Positions 21,308-32,051 of a stretch of DNA of 64,000 nucleotides are shown in pieces. The translations under genes and the position numbers were made by a program. The stretch lies in IMG/VR virus record IMGVR_UViG_3300008111_000003, one strand, 5' to 3'. Position 1 is the stretch's first letter, and each line of letters begins with the position of its first letter. The notes beneath the pieces were generated by a model. It was not told where the DNA came from, made no database searches, and was given only the letters and a program-made list of their open reading frames with translations. Source of the stretch: a virus.

Positions 21308-21942
21308 GATATAAATACCTTATCTAATAAAGCATATATTTGATTTTCATTATTATCTATAGCTCTTGTGATCCAGTTGTTTGTTATCGTTCCAGAAAAT
21401 TCTGATGGAACTTTCCACGATTTATTAGACATTCTCATAATAGCGTTTCCAGTACGAGATGCTTTATTAGGACCAAATTCAACCTGTTGTTTACGCACTA
21501 AAATTTTATTTCCTTCTAATAATAACCATTCTAACCAAGGCAGACTATATCCTCTTAAATTATCTATAACTAGCGCATCATTCGATGACAATACGTCTGC
21601 ATAGTCGCTTCGTATTAATGAAACACTAAAAGATGCTTTGATTCTATCATTTGAAATTTTTGGACCATTATATTCGATCTTAATATTAGTTGACCATATA
21701 TTAATAATATTCACTAAAGAACTTGATGGATCAGGAATACCTAGTTCAAATTGAAGTTGCCCTCCGATTAAGGAATTATATTCTGGAGTATTTTGTATTA
21801 TAGATTTTATATTACTGGGTAATATTTTGCGTAGTTCATTTAAAGATGTTTTAAGATAATTATCTATCTCAGGAACTAATGCTTGTAGAATTTTAGCACT
21901 AATTTGTTTATCTGTTTCTATGAGTTTAAGATCAAATTGCAT
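21304..21942 (-). CDS. Neck/tail completion protein
   Basis: 212 aa; WLEWLLLEG...N.WITRA pattern of neck proteins; position-based. Confidence 0.5.
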   Translation of the reverse strand: MQFDLKLIETDKQISAKILQALVPEIDNYLKTSLNELRKILPSNIKSIIQNTPEYNSLIGGQLQFELGIPDPSSSLVNIINIWSTNIKIEYNGPKISNDRIKASFSVSLIRSDYADVLSSNDALVIDNLRGYSLPWLEWLLLEGNKILVRKQQVEFGPNKASRTGNAIMRMSNKSWKVPSEFSGTITNNWITRAIDNNENQIYALLDKVFIS

Positions 21943-22532
21943 TATAGACCACTTGGGGTTGGCGTCGGAGTCGGAGTTGGGGTTGGGGTTGGAGTTAGTG
22001 TGACTGGTACTTTATTACTTGAGCCAGTAAGTTCCCACATACAAAATAAGTAGTTATTATCACCCAAACCAGCAGGGTTGGGTTCTCCATATAGTCTAAA
22101 AACTGGATTAGATCCAGTGCTATCATAAATTACAGTCATATCCTTACACTGTCGTATATCTGATAAATAAGTTTTATCACAAATAGTTTGTATAAAACCA
22201 TTAGGATTATTAATTTGAGGAGGGGGGTTGATCCATTTTTTATAATCCCATATAACAGCTAAATATCCAGTAGTAATTTTTTCAATTCCATATGACCCAA
22301 CACCATTGCAATATGGACATATTTTTCCTAACACAAATGGTACTGGACCACCACTTTTATATTTACCAGATGATTTTTTTAAACTAACATCATATATACA
22401 ATTTGGACAAACATTCAGATTTGTGGTACCAAAATTAAAATCACATCTGGTAGCTAAGCCAGTACTAGCTAGAATTGAATCAATATGGTTATTATAAACT
22501 TTTTTAAGGGCTGAGAAATCAGGATATACCAT
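21942..22532 (-). CDS. Head closure/neck protein with CxxC pairs and C-terminal Pro-Thr tract
   Basis: 196 aa; CPNC...CPYCNG; ends TPTPTPTPTPTPTPSGL. Confidence 0.5.
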   Translation of the reverse strand: MVYPDFSALKKVYNNHIDSILASTGLATRCDFNFGTTNLNVCPNCIYDVSLKKSSGKYKSGGPVPFVLGKICPYCNGVGSYGIEKITTGYLAVIWDYKKWINPPPQINNPNGFIQTICDKTYLSDIRQCKDMTVIYDSTGSNPVFRLYGEPNPAGLGDNNYLFCMWELTGSSNKVPVTLTPTPTPTPTPTPTPSGL

Positions 22533-22540
22533 AAATTATC

Positions 22541-23065
22541 TCACGAATAAAAGTCATTATTACCAACATTTCTAAATGGACCAACATTAAGATAACGAGG
22601 ATCATATCTATTATTAACGAATGGACTAAGCACAGCAGCAAAAGCACTAGCATTTCTAACATCCCAATGACTCGTTAATTCATCATATACTGCGCAGGAA
22701 CCTCTATCTAAAATAGCCTGCCACCCCGTTAATGATCCACCAATATCTAAACTAGCGGCCCCTAGCGAGGTTCTAATACCCTCTAATGCTGCTTTGGTTC
22801 TTAAATTACCTTGATCAACTATGCATGCTGCTTTCAAGCAACACATGCTGATAAAAATACTATCATTATTTATTGTCGGATCTGGAGTAATATTTATTCC
22901 CACAACATCAATAGTATAAGAATATTCAACATTAATATCAAATTGTACATATTTACCAGCAACTACTAAAACTTGTGCTAATCTTTCATCACTAAAATCA
23001 TAAGGAGTATCTAGATCATTAATAAGAACCCTTGTGGTAATAACCATTTCATCTTGCCACGCCAT
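22541..23065 (-). CDS. Head-tail adaptor protein
   Basis: 174 aa right after MCP; RVLIND...FSDERL N-terminal adaptor-type motif. Confidence 0.55.
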   Translation of the reverse strand: MAWQDEMVITTRVLINDLDTPYDFSDERLAQVLVVAGKYVQFDINVEYSYTIDVVGINITPDPTINNDSIFISMCCLKAACIVDQGNLRTKAALEGIRTSLGAASLDIGGSLTGWQAILDRGSCAVYDELTSHWDVRNASAFAAVLSPFVNNRYDPRYLNVGPFRNVGNNDFYS

Positions 23066-23115
23066 AAATAGGTCCTTTCAGATATTTAAAAGAGGGTACA
23101 GTATATTATACACCT

Positions 23116-23150
23116 AAAAAAAAAGGCCGGCACAAGGCCAGCCTTTTTCT
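23116..23150 (-). terminator. Intrinsic terminator after the capsid gene
   Basis: AAAAAGGCTGGCC-TTGT-GCCGGCC followed by a T9 run on the minus strand. Confidence 0.7.
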
Positions 23151-23174
23151 TAAAGTAACATTAATCTTCTCAGA

Positions 23175-24203
23175 TTAGAGAGCGCCAAGTAGTACTCTGC
23201 GGTTGTCTAGAACAGCAAAGCCTTGTTCTGCCCAGCCATAGAAGCCGGCTCTTTTCTGACGATGTAGTGTATCATCTTCAAAGATTTGAACTTCTTGACG
23301 AACTGGCATAATGAAACTGTCTCTCTTGCGAAGATCAAGACCAACAACAATTTCAACCTTGTCGTTATTACTGTCACCACCAGCATTTTGTGGTAATGTG
23401 CCACTAAGAACGTTACTATAGAATAGTTGATATTGTTGACCTTCACCGAGCTCGTCTCTATCATGAAGATTAACACTGAAAACGCGATTAACACTGCCAT
23501 CAGCGGCTGTATAGATTTCGCGACGAGTAACTTCGTCGATTTGATCTAGACCCCAGTTGCGAATGTCTTCCATTGCCTCTGGACTAACATAAAGATCTGT
23601 TAGCATACCACGATTGTTACTAGCACTGTTACCACCGCCGTTTCTGCGCATTACTGTCTTCATAAGAGAAACTAGTCTCTTGCTGAACTGACCAGCACTG
23701 GCATCAGCGTCGTAAACAACGATGTTACGATCAACACCAGCAGCAAGTAGAGTATGCCAGCCGTCATCATTCATTTTCTTAACAAATTGAGCTTCGAGAA
23801 CTTCCATAGCACGACCAACAACGTCCCAACGGGCGTCACGAGCATACTTTAGAAGATAATCGATACTGGCACCAATGTCATAGGTTGGAACCATAACATA
23901 GTCGCCTTCAACGTGCTTCTGTGGAATATAACCATGATTAGGAATGGTATAAGCCACAAAGTCTTTTTCAGTACCTGGAGCAAGGAAGTCTAGTGGGAAC
24001 TCTGGAGTGGCACTTTGAGCTAATTGAATTGGCTCGAAAATGTCATCAAGAATATTACCACTAAGTACGCCTTGACGAAGAGGAAGTTCTAGAGCCTTTG
24101 CAAATTCATGATTAGCAGCTAAAGCTTCTTCTTTGTGTAACGAACCAGACTTAACAAGAAGATTTGTTAGTTCTGGAGTAGGATCAAATTTTCTATTGGC
24201 CAT
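23175..24203 (-). CDS. Major capsid protein
   Basis: Start ATG 24203 after AAGGGAG; 342 aa; HK97-like C-terminus (GFYGWAEQGFAVLDNRRV); follows scaffold and decoration genes; followed by a terminator. Confidence 0.85.
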   Translation of the reverse strand: MANRKFDPTPELTNLLVKSGSLHKEEALAANHEFAKALELPLRQGVLSGNILDDIFEPIQLAQSATPEFPLDFLAPGTEKDFVAYTIPNHGYIPQKHVEGDYVMVPTYDIGASIDYLLKYARDARWDVVGRAMEVLEAQFVKKMNDDGWHTLLAAGVDRNIVVYDADASAGQFSKRLVSLMKTVMRRNGGGNSASNNRGMLTDLYVSPEAMEDIRNWGLDQIDEVTRREIYTAADGSVNRVFSVNLHDRDELGEGQQYQLFYSNVLSGTLPQNAGGDSNNDKVEIVVGLDLRKRDSFIMPVRQEVQIFEDDTLHRQKRAGFYGWAEQGFAVLDNRRVLLGAL

Positions 24204-24217
24204 GTTTTTCTCCCTTA

Positions 24218-24694
24218 TCAAGTTATATTAATGTCTACTTTGATGTAACCATCGGCATCTAGAACACTTAGGAAACGACCAACCTTAACACCAGATGATG
24301 TGGCACCAGCTGTGCTAACATTGGTTAGTTTGCCATTAACACCAAAGTAAGCATCTTGACCCACTGTTGGTGCTACGCCAGAAACAACCATATTTGTTGT
24401 TACTTGACCTTGGCGTAATAGTGTTACTTTACTACCAGTTTGTACTTCATCACGATGCCAGTTGGTGTGTTGTCTTGTTAGATCAAGAGTAACAACATCA
24501 TTGAGCAATAGCCCAGCAGGAATTTTGCCAGATGGACTAGCAACTGTTGCTGTGACTACAGCACCGGAATCGTCCATAGCAATGCCGCTTCCGCCGGTGC
24601 TATGAACAGCAATAACGCCACGCTCTGCACTGGCATCATTGCAGAAAAAAGAAATATCTGTGTAAGCTTCAATTCTATCTGATTTTAAAGCCAT
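24218..24694 (-). CDS. Capsid decoration/cement protein
   Basis: 158 aa between scaffold and MCP; G..AY.G..G.L...VGRFL motif. Confidence 0.6.
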   Translation of the reverse strand: MALKSDRIEAYTDISFFCNDASAERGVIAVHSTGGSGIAMDDSGAVVTATVASPSGKIPAGLLLNDVVTLDLTRQHTNWHRDEVQTGSKVTLLRQGQVTTNMVVSGVAPTVGQDAYFGVNGKLTNVSTAGATSSGVKVGRFLSVLDADGYIKVDINIT

Positions 24695-24696
24695 GT

Positions 24697-26148
24697 TTAC
24701 TCTCCCTTATTTAGTTTTTTGCCTAATCTAATACAAACAAAGTCAACTAAGGCAGCTCTAGTACTTTGCGCTTCTGTTTCACTCTCACTACCAACACTAA
24801 GATCAATTTCTTGATCATCTGTTTCAACATTTTCTAAAGCTAGTGAAACATCTTCTTTTTCAGGAGCGGTTTCTTCTGCTTTGGAATCTTTTTTCATCTC
24901 TTCTTCATCTTTCTTGGGTGGCTTAACAGCAGCCACTAGAGCAGCAATACTTTCAAATGTGGCATCATCAAGACTTTCTAGCTTATCAACTGTGGCGCTA
25001 GCGAGTTCTTCTGATAATCCACCTTCTAGAAGAGAGGCCATTCTTTTCATCTTCTTTTCTTTCTTGGCCATTTCTTCTTCTTTCATTTTGTAGCCAGCTA
25101 AAACTTCATGTGTGGCTTCTAGTTCTGTTTGAATAGCTTCTAAAGCAGCTTTCATTTTCTTCATCTCTTCTTCTTTCTTACTCATTTCTTCTTGCATCTT
25201 TTTAGCTGCTTCGGCTTCTTGAGTATCAACAACAGTTGTAACTTCTGGTTCTGATACTGTGGTTACTTCTGATGTTGGGGCTGTGGATTCAACACTCATA
25301 TTTGTCTCCTTTAAGTTGGCTTGATTTGAAAATACACCTTCTTCTGTAGAATCGTCATTTTTTTCGTTTGATTTTTTTGTTATATTTAACAACTCACTGG
25401 TTTGTTTAAGATTTTCTTTGGTAAAAATAATACTTTCTGGATTAGCGGGTCTGTTAACAAAGCCTTTTCCAGAGAATGTTATATTGCGTAATACTCTTCC
25501 TATCTTATAATTTTCGTGTTCGCCTTGTCCACCATATGCTCTTAAGTGTTTTGTTAAAAATGATGTTTCTTCATTTCGTGGTAAAATATGATAACTACCA
25601 TTAGCCTTATTAACTAAACCATAATCAAAATTCTTAAAAAAGCACTCCATACTAACGTACTTTTCACCAGCTTCTATTTCTTCTATAAGATTTAAAGCTC
25701 TTTCTCTTAATTCTGGCTCTGTAAAACCCTTATATATTACTGAACCAGTTAAAATATGAAACTTTTCTGGTAAGCTATCTAATGGTAAAGATTCATCAAT
25801 TAGTTCACCATCAATATCTATTGGCCAATTAGATGTTATATGACCAACAATTGTCTTCTCATCATGCTCAAGATTTGTGGGCTTGTGCATGGGCGTGGAT
25901 CTTGCGAGCCAGACCTCTTTGGCATCAAAAATATCATCATTTTTATTCCATGATGTTGTTACAAGAATAGATTGAGTGTAATATAGATCAGTATCCTCTA
26001 TTCCGGCCAAAGCTTGATTTTCTTTTCTGGCTTTGGAATTAGAAATCTCATTGATTGATTGCTCTAATAAAGATGCATAAACTATAGAGGATTTAGCAGA
26101 AAGAAGCTCTGAAAGACCATCAATTTTTTCAAAATTATAAATATGCAT
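24697..26148 (-). CDS. Prohead protease fused to acidic coiled-coil scaffold
   Basis: 483 aa; N.N.D.F, N.EH, VSMEC and G.GFV.RPA protease motifs; Glu/Lys/Met-rich C-terminal half. Confidence 0.75.
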   Translation of the reverse strand: MHIYNFEKIDGLSELLSAKSSIVYASLLEQSINEISNSKARKENQALAGIEDTDLYYTQSILVTTSWNKNDDIFDAKEVWLARSTPMHKPTNLEHDEKTIVGHITSNWPIDIDGELIDESLPLDSLPEKFHILTGSVIYKGFTEPELRERALNLIEEIEAGEKYVSMECFFKNFDYGLVNKANGSYHILPRNEETSFLTKHLRAYGGQGEHENYKIGRVLRNITFSGKGFVNRPANPESIIFTKENLKQTSELLNITKKSNEKNDDSTEEGVFSNQANLKETNMSVESTAPTSEVTTVSEPEVTTVVDTQEAEAAKKMQEEMSKKEEEMKKMKAALEAIQTELEATHEVLAGYKMKEEEMAKKEKKMKRMASLLEGGLSEELASATVDKLESLDDATFESIAALVAAVKPPKKDEEEMKKDSKAEETAPEKEDVSLALENVETDDQEIDLSVGSESETEAQSTRAALVDFVCIRLGKKLNKGE

Positions 26149-26171
26149 AATAGCCTCTTTTGTTAGTTTTC

Positions 26172-28376
26172 TTATTCGGAATACACCGTTTGATAAAAAT
26201 AGGCTTTAGTATACTTGATTTCGTCTGAGGTCGGTGCCCTATTAATATCAATGCTTATAGCCTTGATAAATTTATTATATTGGGCGGTTTTATTATTAAT
26301 ATCAATACTATTAATAGTATTGAGTTTTGCTAAAACTACTTCTTCACTTAATGTTGACAATGGATCTAATGATAAAAAGATTTTAGTTTTTGTTACTTCT
26401 GCTTCATCATACTCTGCTTTAGATAAACTGCGCATATTTTTTTTATTATAGAATTCTAGAAATTGTGGATTTAAAATTTCTGCAATTTTATCTTGAGCTT
26501 CTATGGCCCATAGATATAATGATGCCCCGGTTTGAGGAGCAAATTCTTTTGTTTTACGCTTCTTAGAGTCTTTAACGTTTTTTGGACGACCTTGTTGTGG
26601 TTGTCCCTTTGGTTGATCATTACCGATAGGAGGTGTACCAAATGCTGGTTTAGGAGGAGCAAATGCTGTTTTAACTTCTATCGCATTCATCTCTCCTTTC
26701 TTTTTGGGTTCTAGTTCTAATCCAACTTGACTCGGAGTAGCAAGACCAAGCTGCATAGCCATCTTCTTCATGCTATTTTCAATAGTACCACCATCGAAAA
26801 ATGGACCAGCTTTGGGAACCATACGCTCACTATCTCTTTCTCTATTTTCTCTATTAAGTCTATTCTTTTCCATATCAGCATCAAGACCAAACGCTTTTTG
26901 AATCATCTCATCGCTGATAAGATTTCTATCTGCTAGTTGAATTAGTAATGCTTTTTCTGCATCTTCATTACTCAGATCCATTCTATCAAACTCAATTTTT
27001 GCCGGTAATTTAAAACCCATAGCCTTTTGAACTAGAGCTATCTCATTTTTCCAAAAAGCTGTTAATACTTTTCTTCCATATTGTAATCTTTGTGTTAGTG
27101 TTTTTAGACTAATGAAATTATTAGTTGTACCAGCAGCACCGAATGTTCCTGTTAGTGTTGGAGGAATACCAAGACCAGCATAAATAGCATTTAAATGAGG
27201 AACATATTTAGCTTCTCCTAGAAACTGATGAACAGCTGTTTTGCTTTCTATAAGCTCAATATCTGGTCCCCATACTAAATCCATTGTGCCACCACCAACA
27301 TTAGCCTGTAATATATTACTTAGTTTACTAGCGGCAGCTTGTGTTGGAGCGATCTTGTGCTCTAGACTACCTAGTTTGAAAATTCTTATATTAGAGATAG
27401 CACCATCAAGAGCTGCTAAGTCTGCTAATTTAAGTTTTTCCACAATACTAATATCATCCATAATACTGTAGATCATTGGAAATGCCCATGTTTTCCAATC
27501 ATCTTTTTTGTAATGGAATACTAGTGTTTTATTTGGATCTAGAAGATATGGTTTCTTGGACTTAGCAGATTCAACAATGGCTTCTGGTAACTGAGCTACG
27601 ATAGCTGCTTCAGCTTCATTCTTTGGACTATTAATAATTTTACGTAATGATGCTGGTATACTGATATAATAATTTTTCTTACCAACAAAGGATGCTAATG
27701 ATGCGCCAGCAATATCAACTACTCTTGGATCAATAAAAGTATACTTCCAAGGTATTTCTCTTTTTTCTACTACCTCTTCATCACTATTAATAATTAAATC
27801 TGGAGAAGCTTTTGTTCTATACATACTTTCAGCAACTTTAACACCAATTTTTGCTGTTTGTTTATTAACTACCACATTGCCTACTCTATATAAATGATTA
27901 AGAAAGCGTTCACTACGTTCCTCGCCCTTTACTTTCTCAAACCAATTACGATAAAATCTTTCTATTCTTTTATTGGGATGAACTAATCTTATGCCCTGAC
28001 TAGCAAAATCGCCCATAAGATCAATAACGTTTTTAACTAATCCAACTCTGTTATAGATCTGATCAGCCATAGCAAAGATCGCTTTGATCTCTGTGGGAAC
28101 AGCTTCGTCTGGTCTAAAATAGTCATAATCACTCTTTGTTAAACCTGGACGGCCAGATATCGGCCCATCCAAATTCATAAAGTTTCTGAAACGACTAGTT
28201 GCTGCTGTGGACTTGTTGGCAAATAAGCCAAATTCTTCTAAACTACGAGATGATTCATCCAGAGCTTGTTGTTTACTATTTAGGTCATTATCGTCCCATG
28301 TAACATATGCTTTTTCTGGCATAGTATTGGGAGCTTCTGGAATACTCTCACTCTTTGGATATTTTTTTCTAGGCAT
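26172..28376 (-). CDS. Portal protein
   Basis: 734 aa between terminase and protease; IYAGLGIPPTL portal-type motif. Confidence 0.8.
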   Translation of the reverse strand: MPRKKYPKSESIPEAPNTMPEKAYVTWDDNDLNSKQQALDESSRSLEEFGLFANKSTAATSRFRNFMNLDGPISGRPGLTKSDYDYFRPDEAVPTEIKAIFAMADQIYNRVGLVKNVIDLMGDFASQGIRLVHPNKRIERFYRNWFEKVKGEERSERFLNHLYRVGNVVVNKQTAKIGVKVAESMYRTKASPDLIINSDEEVVEKREIPWKYTFIDPRVVDIAGASLASFVGKKNYYISIPASLRKIINSPKNEAEAAIVAQLPEAIVESAKSKKPYLLDPNKTLVFHYKKDDWKTWAFPMIYSIMDDISIVEKLKLADLAALDGAISNIRIFKLGSLEHKIAPTQAAASKLSNILQANVGGGTMDLVWGPDIELIESKTAVHQFLGEAKYVPHLNAIYAGLGIPPTLTGTFGAAGTTNNFISLKTLTQRLQYGRKVLTAFWKNEIALVQKAMGFKLPAKIEFDRMDLSNEDAEKALLIQLADRNLISDEMIQKAFGLDADMEKNRLNRENRERDSERMVPKAGPFFDGGTIENSMKKMAMQLGLATPSQVGLELEPKKKGEMNAIEVKTAFAPPKPAFGTPPIGNDQPKGQPQQGRPKNVKDSKKRKTKEFAPQTGASLYLWAIEAQDKIAEILNPQFLEFYNKKNMRSLSKAEYDEAEVTKTKIFLSLDPLSTLSEEVVLAKLNTINSIDINNKTAQYNKFIKAISIDINRAPTSDEIKYTKAYFYQTVYSE

Positions 28377-28385
28377 AATATTTTC

Positions 28386-28940
28386 TTAAATATATTTAAG
28401 TCTACAGTTTGTGTTGTCTTTTGGTAATAAATATCCTAAAAATTCTAAATAATTTCTAAGTTTATCTTCATATAGATCTTGTTCTATAAACGATCCAACG
28501 CTGAATAAATCAAATCTAATTGGTTTATGTTCAGATATATTGTGATATTGACTAAATCTATTAAAAGGATTTACTGTTTGTCCAATTTTTAATAAGTTTT
28601 TTTTGCCATCAGAAACAAGATATAAAAAGGGCTGATTAACAAAATTCTTAAATTTATAAAGTTTATTATCAGAAATAACATGATTAATATTATTAAATTT
28701 ATCAATTATTTTTTGTATGATTTGTTTTGTATATTTTATTTTTGTAAATCCATTCCAATAATCTCCATCAATAGCATCTTCAAAAGAAGTATTAATAAAA
28801 TTGGAAGAGGATGAGTATCTTGTGTATGGATTACGACCAATATTAGCTGCACATTTAGTACAATAATTAGTTCTATTTTTATTGGAGACTAAATTTGGCT
28901 TACGACATCTTTTACAGTAATTTAGATCGGTTATAATCAT
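28386..28940 (-). CDS. GIY-YIG/T5orf172-like putative homing endonuclease
   Basis: LYLVSDG...LKIGQTVNPFNRFSQY motif; N-terminal CxxC pairs; very AT-rich; inserted between terL and portal. Confidence 0.6.
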   Translation of the reverse strand: MIITDLNYCKRCRKPNLVSNKNRTNYCTKCAANIGRNPYTRYSSSSNFINTSFEDAIDGDYWNGFTKIKYTKQIIQKIIDKFNNINHVISDNKLYKFKNFVNQPFLYLVSDGKKNLLKIGQTVNPFNRFSQYHNISEHKPIRFDLFSVGSFIEQDLYEDKLRNYLEFLGYLLPKDNTNCRLKYI

Positions 28941-28994
28941 AAAATTAATACAATCATGATTGATTCGTTAATGATATTATTATTTTTACACCAA

Positions 28995-31900
28995 TTAGCG
29001 ATAAATCCCACCATATATATTAGTGTTTGCGTTTTCTGTAAACCAGTTTGGTCCTTTATACATTTGACCATCTGTTTTGGCCACTTCTGCTAAGTTATTA
29101 CCAATTATATCAAATGAAACTGGTTCTAAACTTCTGCTCATTTGTCTAGCTATCATATTAGCTATTAATAAAGCACTGTATCTATCTTTTCTTAATTTAC
29201 CCTTTTTACCATTGGGTAGTTTAACTTCTGGAGTATCCCATCGATCTCTAGCATTTGGACCAGTGCTAGTTTGAGTCATGACTATTGTTGTTAATTCATT
29301 TTTGAGTTCTTCAATTTCTAGCACACACTCACTTTCGCTATCGTACACATTATTAATATCGCTATTTAATATATCCTTATTTTCTCTATCCAATGCTAGT
29401 GCTAGAGTAACAGCATCAAATCGTGGAAATAGTAAAACTTTATCCTCAAGATCTTTACGCAATCCATGATTAGCTTGACTTGTCCAATCTGCTCGTGCAA
29501 ACTGAATTAGTTCCAGAATATGCAAACCGCTTTGATCATCAGTATCTTTTGGTTTATTCATATCTATTACTGGCCAGATTAAATTTTCACCTTCTTCTAG
29601 TTTGCCAGGATCGTGTAGTGCTTCTTCGATAGCCACACCACCACCCTGAGCATCTAACCCTATTCTGGCACAAGGAAAAATTTTCATCAAATTACGAATT
29701 TTTCTAGCACAAAAACTATAGAAATCATATTCATTAACTAATCCTGTTTTTTGACGATCCTTAAAGTTATTACGATTGGTGCTCCAACCATAAACTATTC
29801 TGTTATGATCTTTGTGTAGTTCTATAATAACTATAGTAAAATTATCTTTTTCGCTAGCTGGATCTATACCATAAACATATTGAAGATCAGGATTCCCTTT
29901 TGTTGATACATCAAATAAAACATTATGACCATTAACAATGATTGGTTTAGATTCATTAGTAACACAACTTTCTATTAGACTACGACGAAAAAATCCATCA
30001 CTATCTTCTGTGAAACAAGCCGCATATTCCATATTATAGATACCAGTATGAATAGTAGCTTTGGCTCTGCTTACCTGTTTATCGTCCATGAATCCTTTGG
30101 GAATGAGTTCGTATGGAATACGAATAATACTATAGTCTCTCCAGTTAAAACTATCTGGAACCTCACCTTTAAATATTTCCTCTAATTGACGCTGATCTCC
30201 CCTGCTATTAATAATAGCTTTGTATCTTTTCCAATAACTAGCAAAATGCTTGAAACTATAATCTGCTGTACCAGCTATAATAGCTTGATTTCCCTTTTTA
30301 ATTTGTACCGCTTCTAATTCAGCATTCCATAATCCAGCCTCTGTCATAGCTGCTTTTTTAGCTTCTTCTTTAACATTTTGAATAGGACTAGCACTAACAG
30401 CAGCGAAACCTGATACTACCGTTTCATAAATTTCTGGACTAATTGATGCGAACTCGTCTGCGATGATAATATGTGCTCTTAAACCTCTGATCTTGCTACC
30501 ATCACCCATAGGAACCGCTATTGTCCAACTTTCGCCCAATCTCATTGTGCATCTGTCCACATCACGACGCGGACCATCATCGTTTCCATTAAAGATGCTA
30601 CGGAGAATAGGACTATTTCGCCACAATGTTTCCATATATTCAAATATGATTTTACTCTGTCTAAAAGCTGCACCAACCACCACAATCTTGGTGCCCGGCA
30701 CAAAGATACATTTTAATGTGCAATACATAGCCATTAAAAATGAATTATGAGTAACGATATAATCTTTAGTAATATAGGTACTATCATCATTATCAACCAT
30801 TATACAATAGCCACTACCTTTACCAATATGCTCTATATTTGTAATAAATACCTTGTCGTATTTTGATTGACCTTGTTTTGATATTGTGTGTTTAAGATAA
30901 TCTAATTTTCTAGGCAAACTAAAAATAGCCTCGTTTGTATACATTGAAATCCTATGACAATCAGCATATTTTTTACCACGAAACATAGATGATTTCTTAG
31001 TAGATTTACAGTGAATACCTAAAGACCTAGCTAAATCTAAAGTATCTCTATTCAAATCTGATGATACCGTATAATACTCTATAACCGATTCTCCATTAGA
31101 ATATCCGTCTGTATCCATCAGTCCTTGTAATAGAGCTATTTTTTGATCATATGAACCATATAAATAATTTAATGGTATGTGTTTATTGTGACTGTTTAAT
31201 TTATGTATACCAATTTGTTCTATAATCTTATAGAATGGTATATTAGTAGTAGTATTAATACCATGAGTAATACCATCTGCCTGGGTGGACACATAATATC
31301 CCATGGGTAGTAAACTATTGATTCTATTTACAATATGTTGATCCGTACTACTAAAAGTTATTCTATTTTGTGTCAAACATCCATCCCCCAAAAGCACACC
31401 AACAATATATGGGTGTAATGGAAGATCTTGGGGTTCTTCCTCTATTAAAGGCTTATTAATAGGAAGAGCATACAAATATTCTTTTCCATTGCTCTTGCCT
31501 CCAATTCTATCTCTTTTAAAATCTAGCATTTCTTTAGTCTTCAATACATTCCATTTTTTATTTTTTTGACTATATACTTTCCACTGATGATCTCCACAAC
31601 ATTCTATGGTTCTACCATCTCTTAGCGTTATTTTATACATATCTAAATTATTTTGTAGATCTGTTTTATTAATAACTGTTGTTAATTTACCGTCTCCGCC
31701 ATAAATTTTATCTCCAACTTTAATATTTTTCATTGTGGTCCAGCCATTCGGGGTTCTTAGTTGTTCGTCTGGTCTTAACATTTTACCAAAACCACGACTA
31801 GCCACAAACATAGGAAATGGTCGAATCCAAAATTCTTGTAATATAGCTATCTGAATAGGATGAAGTTCTATATCGAATAATAGTTTTACTGTGGTACCAA

Positions 31901-32051
31901 AATATCGTGGGTCTTTTAATAGTCGTAATAAATGTAAATCAGGATTTTCTATATCTTCTTTGCTTCGGCCAATCATATGATTGGTCGGAATAACTATTTT
32001 ATCGAGATCTCCCAGATCTAGCCAGGCATTGTCAAATATTAGGTTTGCCAT
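28995..32051 (-). CDS. terL: Terminase large subunit containing an intein
   Basis: Walker A ASRGFGK/S split by the intein; IRGLRA..IIADEFA Walker B; YGIDPA nuclease motif; KDRYSA. Confidence 0.93.
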   Translation of the reverse strand: MANLIFDNAWLDLGDLDKIVIPTNHMIGRSKEDIENPDLHLLRLLKDPRYFGTTVKLLFDIELHPIQIAILQEFWIRPFPMFVASRGFGKMLRPDEQLRTPNGWTTMKNIKVGDKIYGGDGKLTTVINKTDLQNNLDMYKITLRDGRTIECCGDHQWKVYSQKNKKWNVLKTKEMLDFKRDRIGGKSNGKEYLYALPINKPLIEEEPQDLPLHPYIVGVLLGDGCLTQNRITFSSTDQHIVNRINSLLPMGYYVSTQADGITHGINTTTNIPFYKIIEQIGIHKLNSHNKHIPLNYLYGSYDQKIALLQGLMDTDGYSNGESVIEYYTVSSDLNRDTLDLARSLGIHCKSTKKSSMFRGKKYADCHRISMYTNEAIFSLPRKLDYLKHTISKQGQSKYDKVFITNIEHIGKGSGYCIMVDNDDSTYITKDYIVTHNSFLMAMYCTLKCIFVPGTKIVVVGAAFRQSKIIFEYMETLWRNSPILRSIFNGNDDGPRRDVDRCTMRLGESWTIAVPMGDGSKIRGLRAHIIIADEFASISPEIYETVVSGFAAVSASPIQNVKEEAKKAAMTEAGLWNAELEAVQIKKGNQAIIAGTADYSFKHFASYWKRYKAIINSRGDQRQLEEIFKGEVPDSFNWRDYSIIRIPYELIPKGFMDDKQVSRAKATIHTGIYNMEYAACFTEDSDGFFRRSLIESCVTNESKPIIVNGHNVLFDVSTKGNPDLQYVYGIDPASEKDNFTIVIIELHKDHNRIVYGWSTNRNNFKDRQKTGLVNEYDFYSFCARKIRNLMKIFPCARIGLDAQGGGVAIEEALHDPGKLEEGENLIWPVIDMNKPKDTDDQSGLHILELIQFARADWTSQANHGLRKDLEDKVLLFPRFDAVTLALALDRENKDILNSDINNVYDSESECVLEIEELKNELTTIVMTQTSTGPNARDRWDTPEVKLPNGKKGKLRKDRYSALLIANMIARQMSRSLEPVSFDIIGNNLAEVAKTDGQMYKGPNWFTENANTNIYGGIYR
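30744..31781 (-). mobile_element. Class-3 intein with LAGLIDADG endonuclease (346 aa)
   Basis: GK|MLRPDEQLRTPNGW ... CCGDHQW ... GVLLGDG ... LQGLMDTDG ... YCIMV ... VTHN|S. Confidence 0.9.
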
